Shown here one piece after another: positions 1 through 6,098 of a stretch of DNA of 9,315 bases. The position numbers and the translations under genes were made by a program. The number at the start of each line of letters is the position of its first letter. The first letter of the stretch is position 1. Below the pieces are notes generated by a model. It worked only from the letters and a program-made list of their open reading frames with translations. It ran no database searches and was not told where the DNA came from. This DNA comes from a virus (lineage: Duplodnaviria > Heunggongvirae > Uroviricota > Caudoviricetes): the IMG/VR virus record IMGVR_UViG_2778261463_000017, positions 1-9,315 of that record, one strand, 5' to 3'.

Positions 1-1242
1 ATGGCGAGAAAAACACACCCATTAACCACAGTGCAGATCAAAGCAGCCAGACCAGCGCAAAAGGAGTACACCCTGCAGGACGGCGGAGGGCTTTTTCTCC
101 TGGTCAAACCGTCTGGATCAAAACTCTGGAGATTTTCCTACTACCGACCATCGGACAAAAAAAGAATATTGCTGAGTTTTGGATCGCTTGAAGATGTTTC
201 CCTGGCTGATGCCAGAAAACGCCGTAGCGAGTACAGGACGTTAATCAGTGCCGGAACTGACCCGCAGGACCACGAGAGGCAAAAAAGAGAGACAGAGGCC
301 CGAAGACAAGGGAACACGTTCGAAAATGTGGCGGCGGCATGGTACCAGGTGAAAATCAGCCAGAATCTGGCCCCCAACACGATTAAAGACATCTGGCGTT
401 CGCTGGATAAATATGTATTCCCGTTCATCGGCAACACGCCAATAGATACCCTCACCGCCCGAAGGTTCGTTGAAGTGCTTACCCCCATCAAGGAGCGCGG
501 CAACCTGGAAACACTCAAGCGGGTTTTACAGCGCGTTAATGAGGTAATGGATTACGCCGCCAACAGTGGGCTGATTGATGCCAATCCGGCTATGAATGTG
601 CGTAAGGCGTTTCCCTCACCTGTAAAAAAACATATGCCAACAATCCGCCCCGAACAGCTGCCCGAGCTTATGCAGGCTTTATCAGTATCGGCAACAGAAC
701 GGCAGACCAGATTACTGATTGAATGGCAGTTACTGACCGTAACCCGTCCCGCCGAAGCGTCATCAACGCGGTGGGATGAAATCAACCTGGACGCGAAGCA
801 ATGGACGATACCTGCCGGACGCATGAAGATGCGCAGGGATCACGTTATCCCGCTTTCCGGTCAGGCTATGGCGGTGCTGGAGGCCATGAAACCAATCAGC
901 CACCACCGCAATTACGTTTTCCCAAGTCTGAAAGACCCACAGCAGCCGATGAACAGCCAGACAGCTAACGCAGCATTGCGGCGTATGGGATTCGCTGGCG
1001 TGCTGGTGTCTCATGGATTACGCGCCATATTCAGCACAGCAGCGAACGAGGAAGGATTCGAGCCGGACGTAATAGAGGCGGCACTTGCCCACGTCGACAC
1101 CAACGAAGTTAGACGGGCATACAACCGGAGCAACTACCTGGAAAAACGTGTAGTACTTATGCGCTGGTGGGGTGAATTTGTGGAAGCCGCAGCAACCGGA
1201 GTGACCATAGCCAGTGGTAAAAGGGGTATCCGTGCGGTGTAA
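1..1242 (+). CDS. int: P4-type tyrosine integrase (site-specific recombinase)
   Basis: 413-aa ORF starting MARKTHPLT...; the N-terminal block (KLWRFSYYRP...) and overall length are typical of P4/CP4-57-like integrases as I recall them. Full length from first base of window to TAA at 1240-1242. Confidence 0.9.
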   Translation: MARKTHPLTTVQIKAARPAQKEYTLQDGGGLFLLVKPSGSKLWRFSYYRPSDKKRILLSFGSLEDVSLADARKRRSEYRTLISAGTDPQDHERQKRETEARRQGNTFENVAAAWYQVKISQNLAPNTIKDIWRSLDKYVFPFIGNTPIDTLTARRFVEVLTPIKERGNLETLKRVLQRVNEVMDYAANSGLIDANPAMNVRKAFPSPVKKHMPTIRPEQLPELMQALSVSATERQTRLLIEWQLLTVTRPAEASSTRWDEINLDAKQWTIPAGRMKMRRDHVIPLSGQAMAVLEAMKPISHHRNYVFPSLKDPQQPMNSQTANAALRRMGFAGVLVSHGLRAIFSTAANEEGFEPDVIEAALAHVDTNEVRRAYNRSNYLEKRVVLMRWWGEFVEAAATGVTIASGKRGIRAV

Positions 1243-1355
1243 CTGTACAAAAAACCAGTACAACCAGTGCAAACCATGCTAAACCATCGTATAATCGCCT
1301 ATCTCCTCAACAGACAAGGAAAAACCCGACTCATGAGAAATCGAGATTTATTGAA

Positions 1356-1598
1356 ATGGTCTGGCACGAAAAATCATCCAATGTCTGCGGTGAAGGGCTG
1401 CAACTGGCGTTAATGGCAAATCGTGAATTCTGGTCAACATACGATCCGGAAGACAAATCAACAGCCCCCACAAAACACGAGGTAGTCAGTTTTTTACGCT
1501 CGCGTGGCGCATCGAAAAATCTGGCTGAAAGCATCGACAAGGTGCTGAGGCCCACCAGCCTTAAATGTGGTGGGCGACCTAAGAAGTGGAAACGGTAA
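1356..1598 (+). CDS. small hypothetical protein (start uncertain; ATG at 1416 is an alternative)
   Basis: 80-codon ORF with no clear Shine-Dalgarno, but it is followed within a few nt by a hairpin plus T-run terminator, which suggests it is a transcribed unit. No recognisable family. Confidence 0.35.
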   Translation: MVWHEKSSNVCGEGLQLALMANREFWSTYDPEDKSTAPTKHEVVSFLRSRGASKNLAESIDKVLRPTSLKCGGRPKKWKR

Positions 1599-1603
1599 TC
1601 ACA

Positions 1604-1634
1604 ATAGCGGCCCCTTGCGGTCGCTATTTTTTTG
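1604..1634 (+). terminator. rho-independent terminator
   Basis: Stem ATAGCGGCC / GGTCGCTAT around a CCTTGC loop, followed by TTTTTTT (1627-1634), directly after the stop at 1596-1598. Confidence 0.6.
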
Positions 1635-1666
1635 CAAAAAGAAAGCGTAATCAATGAGATAAAAAA

Positions 1667-1703
1667 CAGTGAGTACCGTTTTAAAACGGTGAGTACTGTT
1701 TTT
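1667..1703. promoter_or_regulatory. operator-like palindrome with flanking direct repeats upstream of alpA
   Basis: Perfect 16-bp palindrome ACCGTTTTAAAACGGT (1675-1690) embedded in a tandem direct repeat GTGAGTAC(C/T)GTTTT, about 65 bp upstream of the alpA start. Confidence 0.4.
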
Positions 1704-1767
1704 CCCGCCCTGCCCTGTTTTACCGTATTTATCACCGGAATACGCCGGATTAACGAGGTAAAACACG

Positions 1768-1974
1768 ATGGAAGTAATCAGAAAAATTCTTACCCGTCAG
1801 GAAGTAAAAAATATTCTGCGCATCAAGGCAGACAGTTCGCTACAGGACATGATCAACGCCGGAAAATTCCCGAAAGGCTTCAAAATCGGTCTGCGCCGTG
1901 TTGGCTGGTATGAAGATGAGGTGCAGGCCTGGTTGAAAGAACGCGAGGAAGAAGCGCGCGGAACGGCTGCGTAA
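1768..1974 (+). CDS. alpA: AlpA-family prophage transcriptional regulator (small HTH protein)
   Basis: 68-aa protein MEVIRKILTRQEVKNILRIKADSSLQDMINAGKFPKGFKIGLRRVGWYEDEVQAWL, a classic AlpA/phage-AlpA signature; GAGGT Shine-Dalgarno 8 nt upstream. Confidence 0.85.
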   Translation: MEVIRKILTRQEVKNILRIKADSSLQDMINAGKFPKGFKIGLRRVGWYEDEVQAWLKEREEEARGTAA

Positions 1975-2121
1975 TGGTGTGAGGTGTAACGCAATGAACA
2001 TAACAAAAAGCGCCCCGTTGCCGGAGCGCCCTTGTGAACAATTAACCTGCTGCGAAAAAAATGGATCAGTGCAGGGGAATTATATCAACCGTGTGACGAA
2101 GCGCCACAATTGCCGGATAAC

Positions 2122-2153
2122 AGGCAAAACAAAGGCCACCTGCTACGGTGGCC
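2122..2153 (-). terminator. candidate rho-independent terminator for the reverse-strand repressor gene
   Basis: Perfect 7-bp stem GGCCACC / GGTGGCC (2134-2140, 2147-2153) with a 6-nt loop; on the minus strand it is followed by TTTGTTTTG. Lies about 100 bp downstream of the stop at 2257. Confidence 0.4.
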
Positions 2154-2256
2154 ATTCGACACAAGCTACACGTTATCCCCAACGCAAGAGAGATGATTAC
2201 TATGCCGTGATTACATCCGGTTGGCAATGTGATCAGTGTGCTGGCTTGCTGGTGGG

Positions 2257-2562
2257 CTATTCCTGCTCTTTGGCTTTGCGCCGCTGGAGTTCTTCACGCG
2301 CAACGGCGACGAGTTGCCCGATCTCCTCGGCAGCTTTGACACCGATTTTTTCCACCTGCGCCAGTGCATCGAGCGAAGAAACCAGGGGATTTTCTCCTCT
2401 TCCTTCTGCCTGGCGGCGGGCGATCTCACCACGCATGGCGGTTACTATGAATCCGGCGTTGCTTTCGCCGTCCAGTTTTACGGATTCCATGCCATCAAAA
2501 GCATCATGTGGGATACGAATTGAAATCTGTTTTGATTTGTCGTTGATAGTGTTTTTTGCCAT
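2257..2562 (-). CDS. putative ribbon-helix-helix DNA-binding protein (candidate island repressor)
   Basis: 101 aa from MAKNTINDK...; the segment KQISIRIPHDAFDGMESVKL...NAGFIVTAMRGEIARR fits a beta-strand/helix/helix RHH pattern, followed by a charged helical tail. GGAGA Shine-Dalgarno 6 nt before this ATG. The longer 2257-2601 start is rejected because it has no spacing to the SD. Confidence 0.55.
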   Translation of the reverse strand: MAKNTINDKSKQISIRIPHDAFDGMESVKLDGESNAGFIVTAMRGEIARRQAEGRGENPLVSSLDALAQVEKIGVKAAEEIGQLVAVAREELQRRKAKEQE

Positions 2563-2584
2563 GTGCATTCTCCTAAACAAAATA

Positions 2585-2660
2585 TGTGATTCAGTATACA
2601 CAAAAAAGAATCACAAAAAATACTTGACCTGTGATTCAGTTGAATTTAATTTAAATCACA
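2585..2660. promoter_or_regulatory. divergent promoter/operator region between RHH gene and icd-like gene
   Basis: Two inverted-repeat pairs TGTGATTCAG...GAATCACA (2585-2615) and TGTGATTCAG...AAATCACA (2630-2660); a -35-like TTGACC (2624-2629) with TAATTT 17 bp downstream, overlapped by the second palindrome. Confidence 0.5.
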
Positions 2661-2685
2661 CCTCAGTAAGAGGATGTAAACGACA

Positions 2686-2719
2686 ACGCCCCGAACTGTT
2701 TGCGGCAGTAGCGGGGCGT
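2686..2719 (+). other. stable hairpin in the icd leader (candidate structured regulatory RNA element)
   Basis: 8-bp GC-rich stem ACGCCCCG (2686-2693) / CGGGGCGT (2712-2719) with an 18-nt loop containing an inner CTG/CAG stem; no T-run follows, so it is unlikely to be a terminator. Confidence 0.3.
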
Positions 2720-2755
2720 CTAACCACCAACGATAGCGAAAGTATCGAGGTAGCT

Positions 2756-2950
2756 ATGAGAAATCATACCACACACCCGCAAGGGCGGGACTCGCACAAC
2801 CTGAATAAATACATCTGGCGTTTTATCGCCCTGAGCACGGCACAACCGCGCGTGATTCACATCGTGGCCACCAGCGAACAGGAAGCGCGTCAGCAATCTC
2901 CTGATGGCTGCGTGATGGTATTGGCCTCCAGATTTCATCATCGCTGTTTG
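2756..2950 (+). CDS. Icd-like (host cell division inhibitor-like) small protein; 3' end undefined because the frame has no stop until 3988
   Basis: ATG at 2756 with GAGG Shine-Dalgarno; MRNHTTHPQGRDSHNLNKYIWRFIALSTAQPRVIHIVATSEQEARQQ resembles Icd-like proteins of P4-like elements as I remember them. Downstream of ~2950 the same frame becomes Cys/Arg/Ser/Phe-rich and un-protein-like, so the end given here is approximate, not a stop codon. Confidence 0.45.
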
Positions 2951-3132
2951 TTTTTTGTCTGTCTCTCCTCGGGGTATGGGGTTGTGCCGTTCCAGCGTAT
3001 GCGGGGCCGTTCACTGATGAAGCGCTCAAGCGGGAAATTATCGGATGGCGCGGGGGGCCGTACCCGTCGTTCCCGCCTCCGCTGGCGTACCACGCTGGCT
3101 TCGGTAATTTCCCCTGATTCGTTTATTTTCAT
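2938..3132 (-). CDS. small Arg/Pro-rich protein, paralogue A of a three-member mini-gene family
   Basis: 64 aa (MKINESGEITEASVVRQRRRERRVRPPAPSDNFPLERFISERPRIRW...); strong GGAGGT Shine-Dalgarno 8 nt upstream of ATG; shares the RRERR...PP.P...FPLE.FI..R.R pattern with the ORF at 3376-3546. Confidence 0.3.
   Translation of the reverse strand: MKINESGEITEASVVRQRRRERRVRPPAPSDNFPLERFISERPRIRWNGTTPYPEERQTKNKQR
3014..3033. repeat. dispersed direct repeat copy A (CTGATGAAGCGCTCAAGCGG)
   Basis: One of three copies of CTGATGAAN(3)CNNNAGCGG; 17/20 identical to copy C and 15/20 to copy B. Confidence 0.5.
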
Positions 3133-3175
3133 AAAGAGTTACCTCCGTGCTCATCTGCTCTGGCGTTTTCTGTTT

Positions 3176-3195
3176 CTGATGAAGACTTACAGCGG
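3176..3195. repeat. dispersed direct repeat copy B (CTGATGAAGACTTACAGCGG)
   Basis: 162 bp downstream of copy A (a multiple of 3); the most diverged copy, with a stop in the minus-strand reading. Confidence 0.45.
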
Positions 3196-3207
3196 TAGCG
3201 GCGTATC

Positions 3208-3324
3208 TTATTTTAAGATTTGGTTTAATTTCTCGTGTCTGGCTTTAATGACGGCGCGTAATAATATCTGTCGCTGCTTTGTGTTTACGTCCAGAACTGT
3301 GGGGGATAATATGGATTTGTTCAT
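3208..3324 (-). CDS. short ORF (38 aa), possibly a truncated paralogue B of the mini-gene family
   Basis: MNKSILSPTVLDVNTKQRQILLRAVIKARHEKLNQILK; AGGTGA Shine-Dalgarno 5 nt upstream of ATG; stops just before repeat copy B. Uses AT-rich codons (ATA, TTA), which weakens the call. Confidence 0.2.
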   Translation of the reverse strand: MNKSILSPTVLDVNTKQRQILLRAVIKARHEKLNQILK

Positions 3325-3375
3325 GGTGCTCACCTGTAATGCATTGCGTCGTGATGCCTCATATCACGGCGGCGG

Positions 3376-3546
3376 TTATCGTTTTGTTCGGATTCGTCCC
3401 CTGATGAAATCCTCAAGCGGAAAATGTTCAGGGCGAGGTAATTCAGGAGGGACAGGGTTATTACTCATGCGCTCACGTTCCCTTGCGGCGCGTGCAGCAT
3501 TCAGCTTTTGCAGGAGCACATCAAACGGCACCCCCTTATCATTCAT
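3376..3546 (-). CDS. small Arg/Pro-rich protein, paralogue C of the mini-gene family
   Basis: 56 aa (MNDKGVPFDVLLQKLNAARAARERERMSNNPVPPELPRPEHFPLEDFIRGRIRTKR); G-rich Shine-Dalgarno-like run before ATG; C-terminal half aligns with the ORF at 2938-3132. Confidence 0.3.
   Translation of the reverse strand: MNDKGVPFDVLLQKLNAARAARERERMSNNPVPPELPRPEHFPLEDFIRGRIRTKR
3401..3420. repeat. dispersed direct repeat copy C (CTGATGAAATCCTCAAGCGG)
   Basis: 225 bp downstream of copy B (a multiple of 3); differs from copy A at three adjacent positions only. Confidence 0.5.
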
Positions 3547-3700
3547 GGTCCCCCCTGTATATCCGTTGTTAACTGATGGTTACAGGTGCATTTTTCGCAC
3601 AAACTATTTAATCAACACATCCGACCACATTATCAGAGAGCCGGAATATACAGGGGCAATAATCCCGCATTTGCTGGCCTACGCACAGCTTACCGCTGAT

Positions 3701-3988
3701 ATGGCACTGAATGAGGCCAAAGCCATCCTGATTGCTGATTGTGAATATGGGGTTATGCGTGATGATCGTTTTAATGCCCTGAAACAGGAATTTGATGGCA
3801 CACCGGAAGATACAGATATTGCGCTGTTATGTGTTGCTGACATGGTAAAAGCTGCATGTTTTTTACTGGAAACCGCCGAACATTCAGGAACGGGTAGCGA
3901 TATTCTCAATATTGCGTCGGACTATGCTGAATATGTGGCAGAGGCGCGTTACAGAAGAAAATTCCAGGAGGTGGTTAGCCATGAATAA
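3701..3988 (+). CDS. hypothetical acidic protein, first gene of the replication operon (true start may be upstream)
   Basis: 95 aa (MALNEAKAILIADCEYGVMRDDRFNALKQEFDGTPEDTDIALLCVADMVKAACFLLETAEHSG...) with protein-like composition, unlike the upstream part of the same frame. No convincing Shine-Dalgarno at 3701; the stop overlaps the next gene's start. Confidence 0.5.
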   Translation: MALNEAKAILIADCEYGVMRDDRFNALKQEFDGTPEDTDIALLCVADMVKAACFLLETAEHSGTGSDILNIASDYAEYVAEARYRRKFQEVVSHE

Positions 3989-4181
3989 TCATGAAGCGCA
4001 CTTACCTGTAGTGCTTAATGTGCCATCTGATTATACGGGGCGCGTTTTGATATTCCTGGATAAAGGGAAAGTGAAATCGCAATGCCGCCTTAGAAATAAT
4101 GAGGTTATTGGTTCTCTGGCTTTTTTTTCTGAAGCCTGTATTCGCGCCGGAATAAAGCCGGAATCACTGACAGGAAAATAA
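3981..4181 (+). CDS. hypothetical small protein
   Basis: 66 aa from MNNHEAHLPVVLNVPSDYTGRVLIFLDKGKVK...; strong AGGAGGTGG Shine-Dalgarno; ATG overlaps the upstream stop (ATGAATAA), indicating translational coupling. The ORF-track start at 3912 is rejected. Confidence 0.5.
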   Translation: MNNHEAHLPVVLNVPSDYTGRVLIFLDKGKVKSQCRLRNNEVIGSLAFFSEACIRAGIKPESLTGK

Positions 4182-4185
4182 AACC

Positions 4186-4485
4186 ATGAAAAAGAAAAAT
4201 TCTGGCTTTACTGCCAGCGGCCCCGCTCGGCCTGAAATCCGTCCCGGCGATATTTTCCGTGATAACTACGGCGGTACGGTAACGATTAAAGGCGTGGCAG
4301 AACGGCGCATCACTTACCGCCGTGATGGCTACGAATATGACTGCGTGATGCCTGTTTATCAGTTCCGGCGTGATTTTTCTCTGGTACAGGCAGCGCCCCG
4401 CAGTAAACCAACCAGCAGGGAGAAAGCACGCGCCAATATTCAGAAGATGAAAACCATGATTAACGGATTCAGGGATAAAAAATGA
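4186..4485 (+). CDS. hypothetical basic protein (prophage-associated small protein of unknown function)
   Basis: 99 aa (..GDIFRDNYGGTVTIKGVAERRITYRRDGYEYDCVMPVYQFRRDFSLV..); AGGAAA 8 nt upstream; stop overlaps the primase start (ATGA). Family identity not established. Confidence 0.55.
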   Translation: MKKKNSGFTASGPARPEIRPGDIFRDNYGGTVTIKGVAERRITYRRDGYEYDCVMPVYQFRRDFSLVQAAPRSKPTSREKARANIQKMKTMINGFRDKK

Positions 4486-5897
4486 AACTGGCACCGAACT
4501 TAAAAAAACAGCCACACAACAAAATGACCGAAGTCATTATTTTTGCAGGTAGTGATGCCTGGGCGCACGCAAAACAATGGCAGGAACAGGACGGGCGACT
4601 TGCTGGCGATAACGTCCCGCCAGTATGGCTGGGAGACAGTCAGCTTGACGAACTGGCAGACCTGAAAATTATCGACGATGGTCGCTATTGTGTCCGGCTG
4701 TACAAGGCAGGCCACATCAAGCCATCAAATATTAATGCCATCGGGCAAAAACTGGCGGCGGCAGGTGTACGGGATGCGAGTTATTACCCCGAGGGAATGC
4801 ACAGCCAGAAGCGGGAGGAATGGCGCGACTACCTGCAACGGATCCGCGAACAGGCAGAGCGCGGGGAAATACTTACTGATGAGCAATACAGCCAGCGAAA
4901 AACCACGCTACCCATGAGCATTGGATCTGCAGGATACGACACACAGCTTGATTATGTCGTTAAGGGCGTGATTCCGGCTAATTCATTGTGCAGCACATAC
5001 GGTGCGAGCGGTTCCTATAAATCATTCCTTGCGTGTTCCTGGGCGTGTCATGTTGCCACGGGGCGCCACTGGGGAGGCCGCAGGGTGGCGCATGGTTCGG
5101 TGATGTATGTTGTCGGTGAAGGTGGCATTGGTGTCCCCCGTCGTATCAAGGCATGGGAAATCGTTAATGATGAACGGGTGAAAAATCTGTACCTGGTAAA
5201 CCGCCCGATTTTTCCGGCAGCCCCGCTTGATGTTGATGAAATGGTTATCGCTTCCCGCCAGGTTGAACGGGAAACGGGTAAACCGGTACGCATGATTATT
5301 CTGGATACGCTGGCGCGTTGCTTTGGCGGTAATGATGAAAATGACGCGCGGGATATGGGGGCGTTTATCCGTGGATGTGACGACCTGAAACGACGCACAG
5401 GGGCCACGGTGCTGGTGGTCCACCATTCCGGCAAGGATGAAACAAAGGGGGCGCGTGGTTCCAGTGCATTTCGTGCATCTCTGGACGCTGAATACCGTAT
5501 TCGCCGAGAAGGTGCAGACAGTAAAGCCCTGGTTATATCCTGCACCAAAATGAAGGACGCGGAGGAACTGAAAGAGGCCGCCTACGATTTACGCGTGGTG
5601 GAGCTTTTTACCGACGCTGACGGGGAGTTAATCACGTCGCTGGTGGTGGTGGATAAGCCGCGCACTCCCGTTGAACTGGAGCGCATCGAGGAGGCAGGCA
5701 ACAAGACGGAAAACCATACCGCGCTATGGCAGTGCATCAGAACGCGAACAGCACACGGGGAGGCGTGCACTATCGCCCTTCTCCGCGACGATATGAAAAA
5801 GCTGGGGTATGAGATGAAGCACTTCCGGCGCTGGCTGTCCAAGCTGGAAAAAGACGGCGTGATTTGTGTCGATGGGGATGATGTTTACCCACTGTAA
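4482..5897 (+). CDS. replication initiator: primase-like N-terminal domain fused to a RecA-like AAA ATPase (PICI pri-rep type)
   Basis: 471 aa; Walker A GASGSYKS, Walker B-like MIILDTL, and an HHSGKDETKG block typical of RepA/DnaB-like AAA ATPases; AGGGA Shine-Dalgarno 6 nt upstream; iteron array immediately downstream. Confidence 0.85.
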   Translation: MKLAPNLKKQPHNKMTEVIIFAGSDAWAHAKQWQEQDGRLAGDNVPPVWLGDSQLDELADLKIIDDGRYCVRLYKAGHIKPSNINAIGQKLAAAGVRDASYYPEGMHSQKREEWRDYLQRIREQAERGEILTDEQYSQRKTTLPMSIGSAGYDTQLDYVVKGVIPANSLCSTYGASGSYKSFLACSWACHVATGRHWGGRRVAHGSVMYVVGEGGIGVPRRIKAWEIVNDERVKNLYLVNRPIFPAAPLDVDEMVIASRQVERETGKPVRMIILDTLARCFGGNDENDARDMGAFIRGCDDLKRRTGATVLVVHHSGKDETKGARGSSAFRASLDAEYRIRREGADSKALVISCTKMKDAEELKEAAYDLRVVELFTDADGELITSLVVVDKPRTPVELERIEEAGNKTENHTALWQCIRTRTAHGEACTIALLRDDMKKLGYEMKHFRRWLSKLEKDGVICVDGDDVYPL

Positions 5898-6098
5898 AAA
5901 GTGGGTAGTAAAAGTGGGGAGAGTGGGGAATTTAACAAAATTGAAACATAATTCCCCACTTTCCCACCTGTATACATCCAAAAAAGTGGGGAGTAAAAAA
6001 CGCAATGAAAAACAAAGCATTAGATTCACTCAAAAAACGAGGTGGGGAGCAAGTGGGGAATTTAAAAAGTGGGGAGCAAAAGTGGGGAGTGGTGGGGA
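5898..6098. repeat. iteron-type replication origin (GTGGGGA repeats flanking AT-rich spacers)
   Basis: About ten copies of GTGGG(G/T)A in direct orientation (5901, 5914, 5923, 5986, 6032, 6043, 6069, 6082, 6092) and two in inverted orientation (5952-5968), with an 18-bp unit AGTGGGGAATTTAA(C/A)AAA present twice and an A-rich segment 5993-6030. Confidence 0.7.

Noticed and set aside
141-1272. Four reverse-strand ORFs (141-518, 552-824, 763-1014, 1018-1272)
   Set aside because: All lie antisense inside the well-supported integrase gene and have shadow-ORF composition.
1331-1735. 134-aa reverse-strand ORF
   Set aside because: Spans the forward terminator hairpin and the alpA operator region; hydrophobic, low-complexity translation and no ribosome-binding site.
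1632-1913. 93-aa forward ORF overlapping alpA
   Set aside because: Out of frame with the convincing AlpA ORF and begins in the promoter/operator region.
2236-2523. 95-aa forward ORF and the 2211-2432 reverse ORF
   Set aside because: Both overlap the RHH gene in alternative frames without ribosome-binding sites.
2257-2601. Longer start (MYTESHIL...) for the RHH gene
   Set aside because: The extra 13 codons would place the start inside the operator region, and the GGAGA Shine-Dalgarno sits 6 nt before the internal MAKN ATG.
3014-3420. Type III toxin-antitoxin RNA repeats or a retron msr/msd
   Set aside because: The repeats are dispersed over about 400 bp rather than tandem, there is no terminator-plus-toxin arrangement, and no reverse transcriptase gene is nearby.
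1979-3988. 669-aa forward ORF as a single gene
   Set aside because: It runs antisense through the RHH gene, contains the Icd-like start internally, and between about 2950 and 3700 translates to a Cys/Arg/Ser/Phe-rich low-complexity sequence unlike a real protein. Treated as a composite open frame, not one CDS.
3912-4181. 89-aa version of the gene at 3981
   Set aside because: The 3981 ATG has a strong AGGAGG Shine-Dalgarno and overlaps the upstream stop; the longer start lies inside the preceding gene without a ribosome-binding site.
4105-5842. Reverse-strand ORFs 4105-4515, 4500-4715, 5022-5426, 5048-5548, 5582-5842 and forward 4678-4917
   Set aside because: All are embedded in or antisense to the replication operon genes, with Arg/Ser-rich shadow composition.
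5898-6098. CRISPR array interpretation of the G-rich repeats
   Set aside because: The repeat units are only 7-18 bp, irregularly spaced, in both orientations, and lack uniform spacers; this matches origin iterons, not CRISPR.
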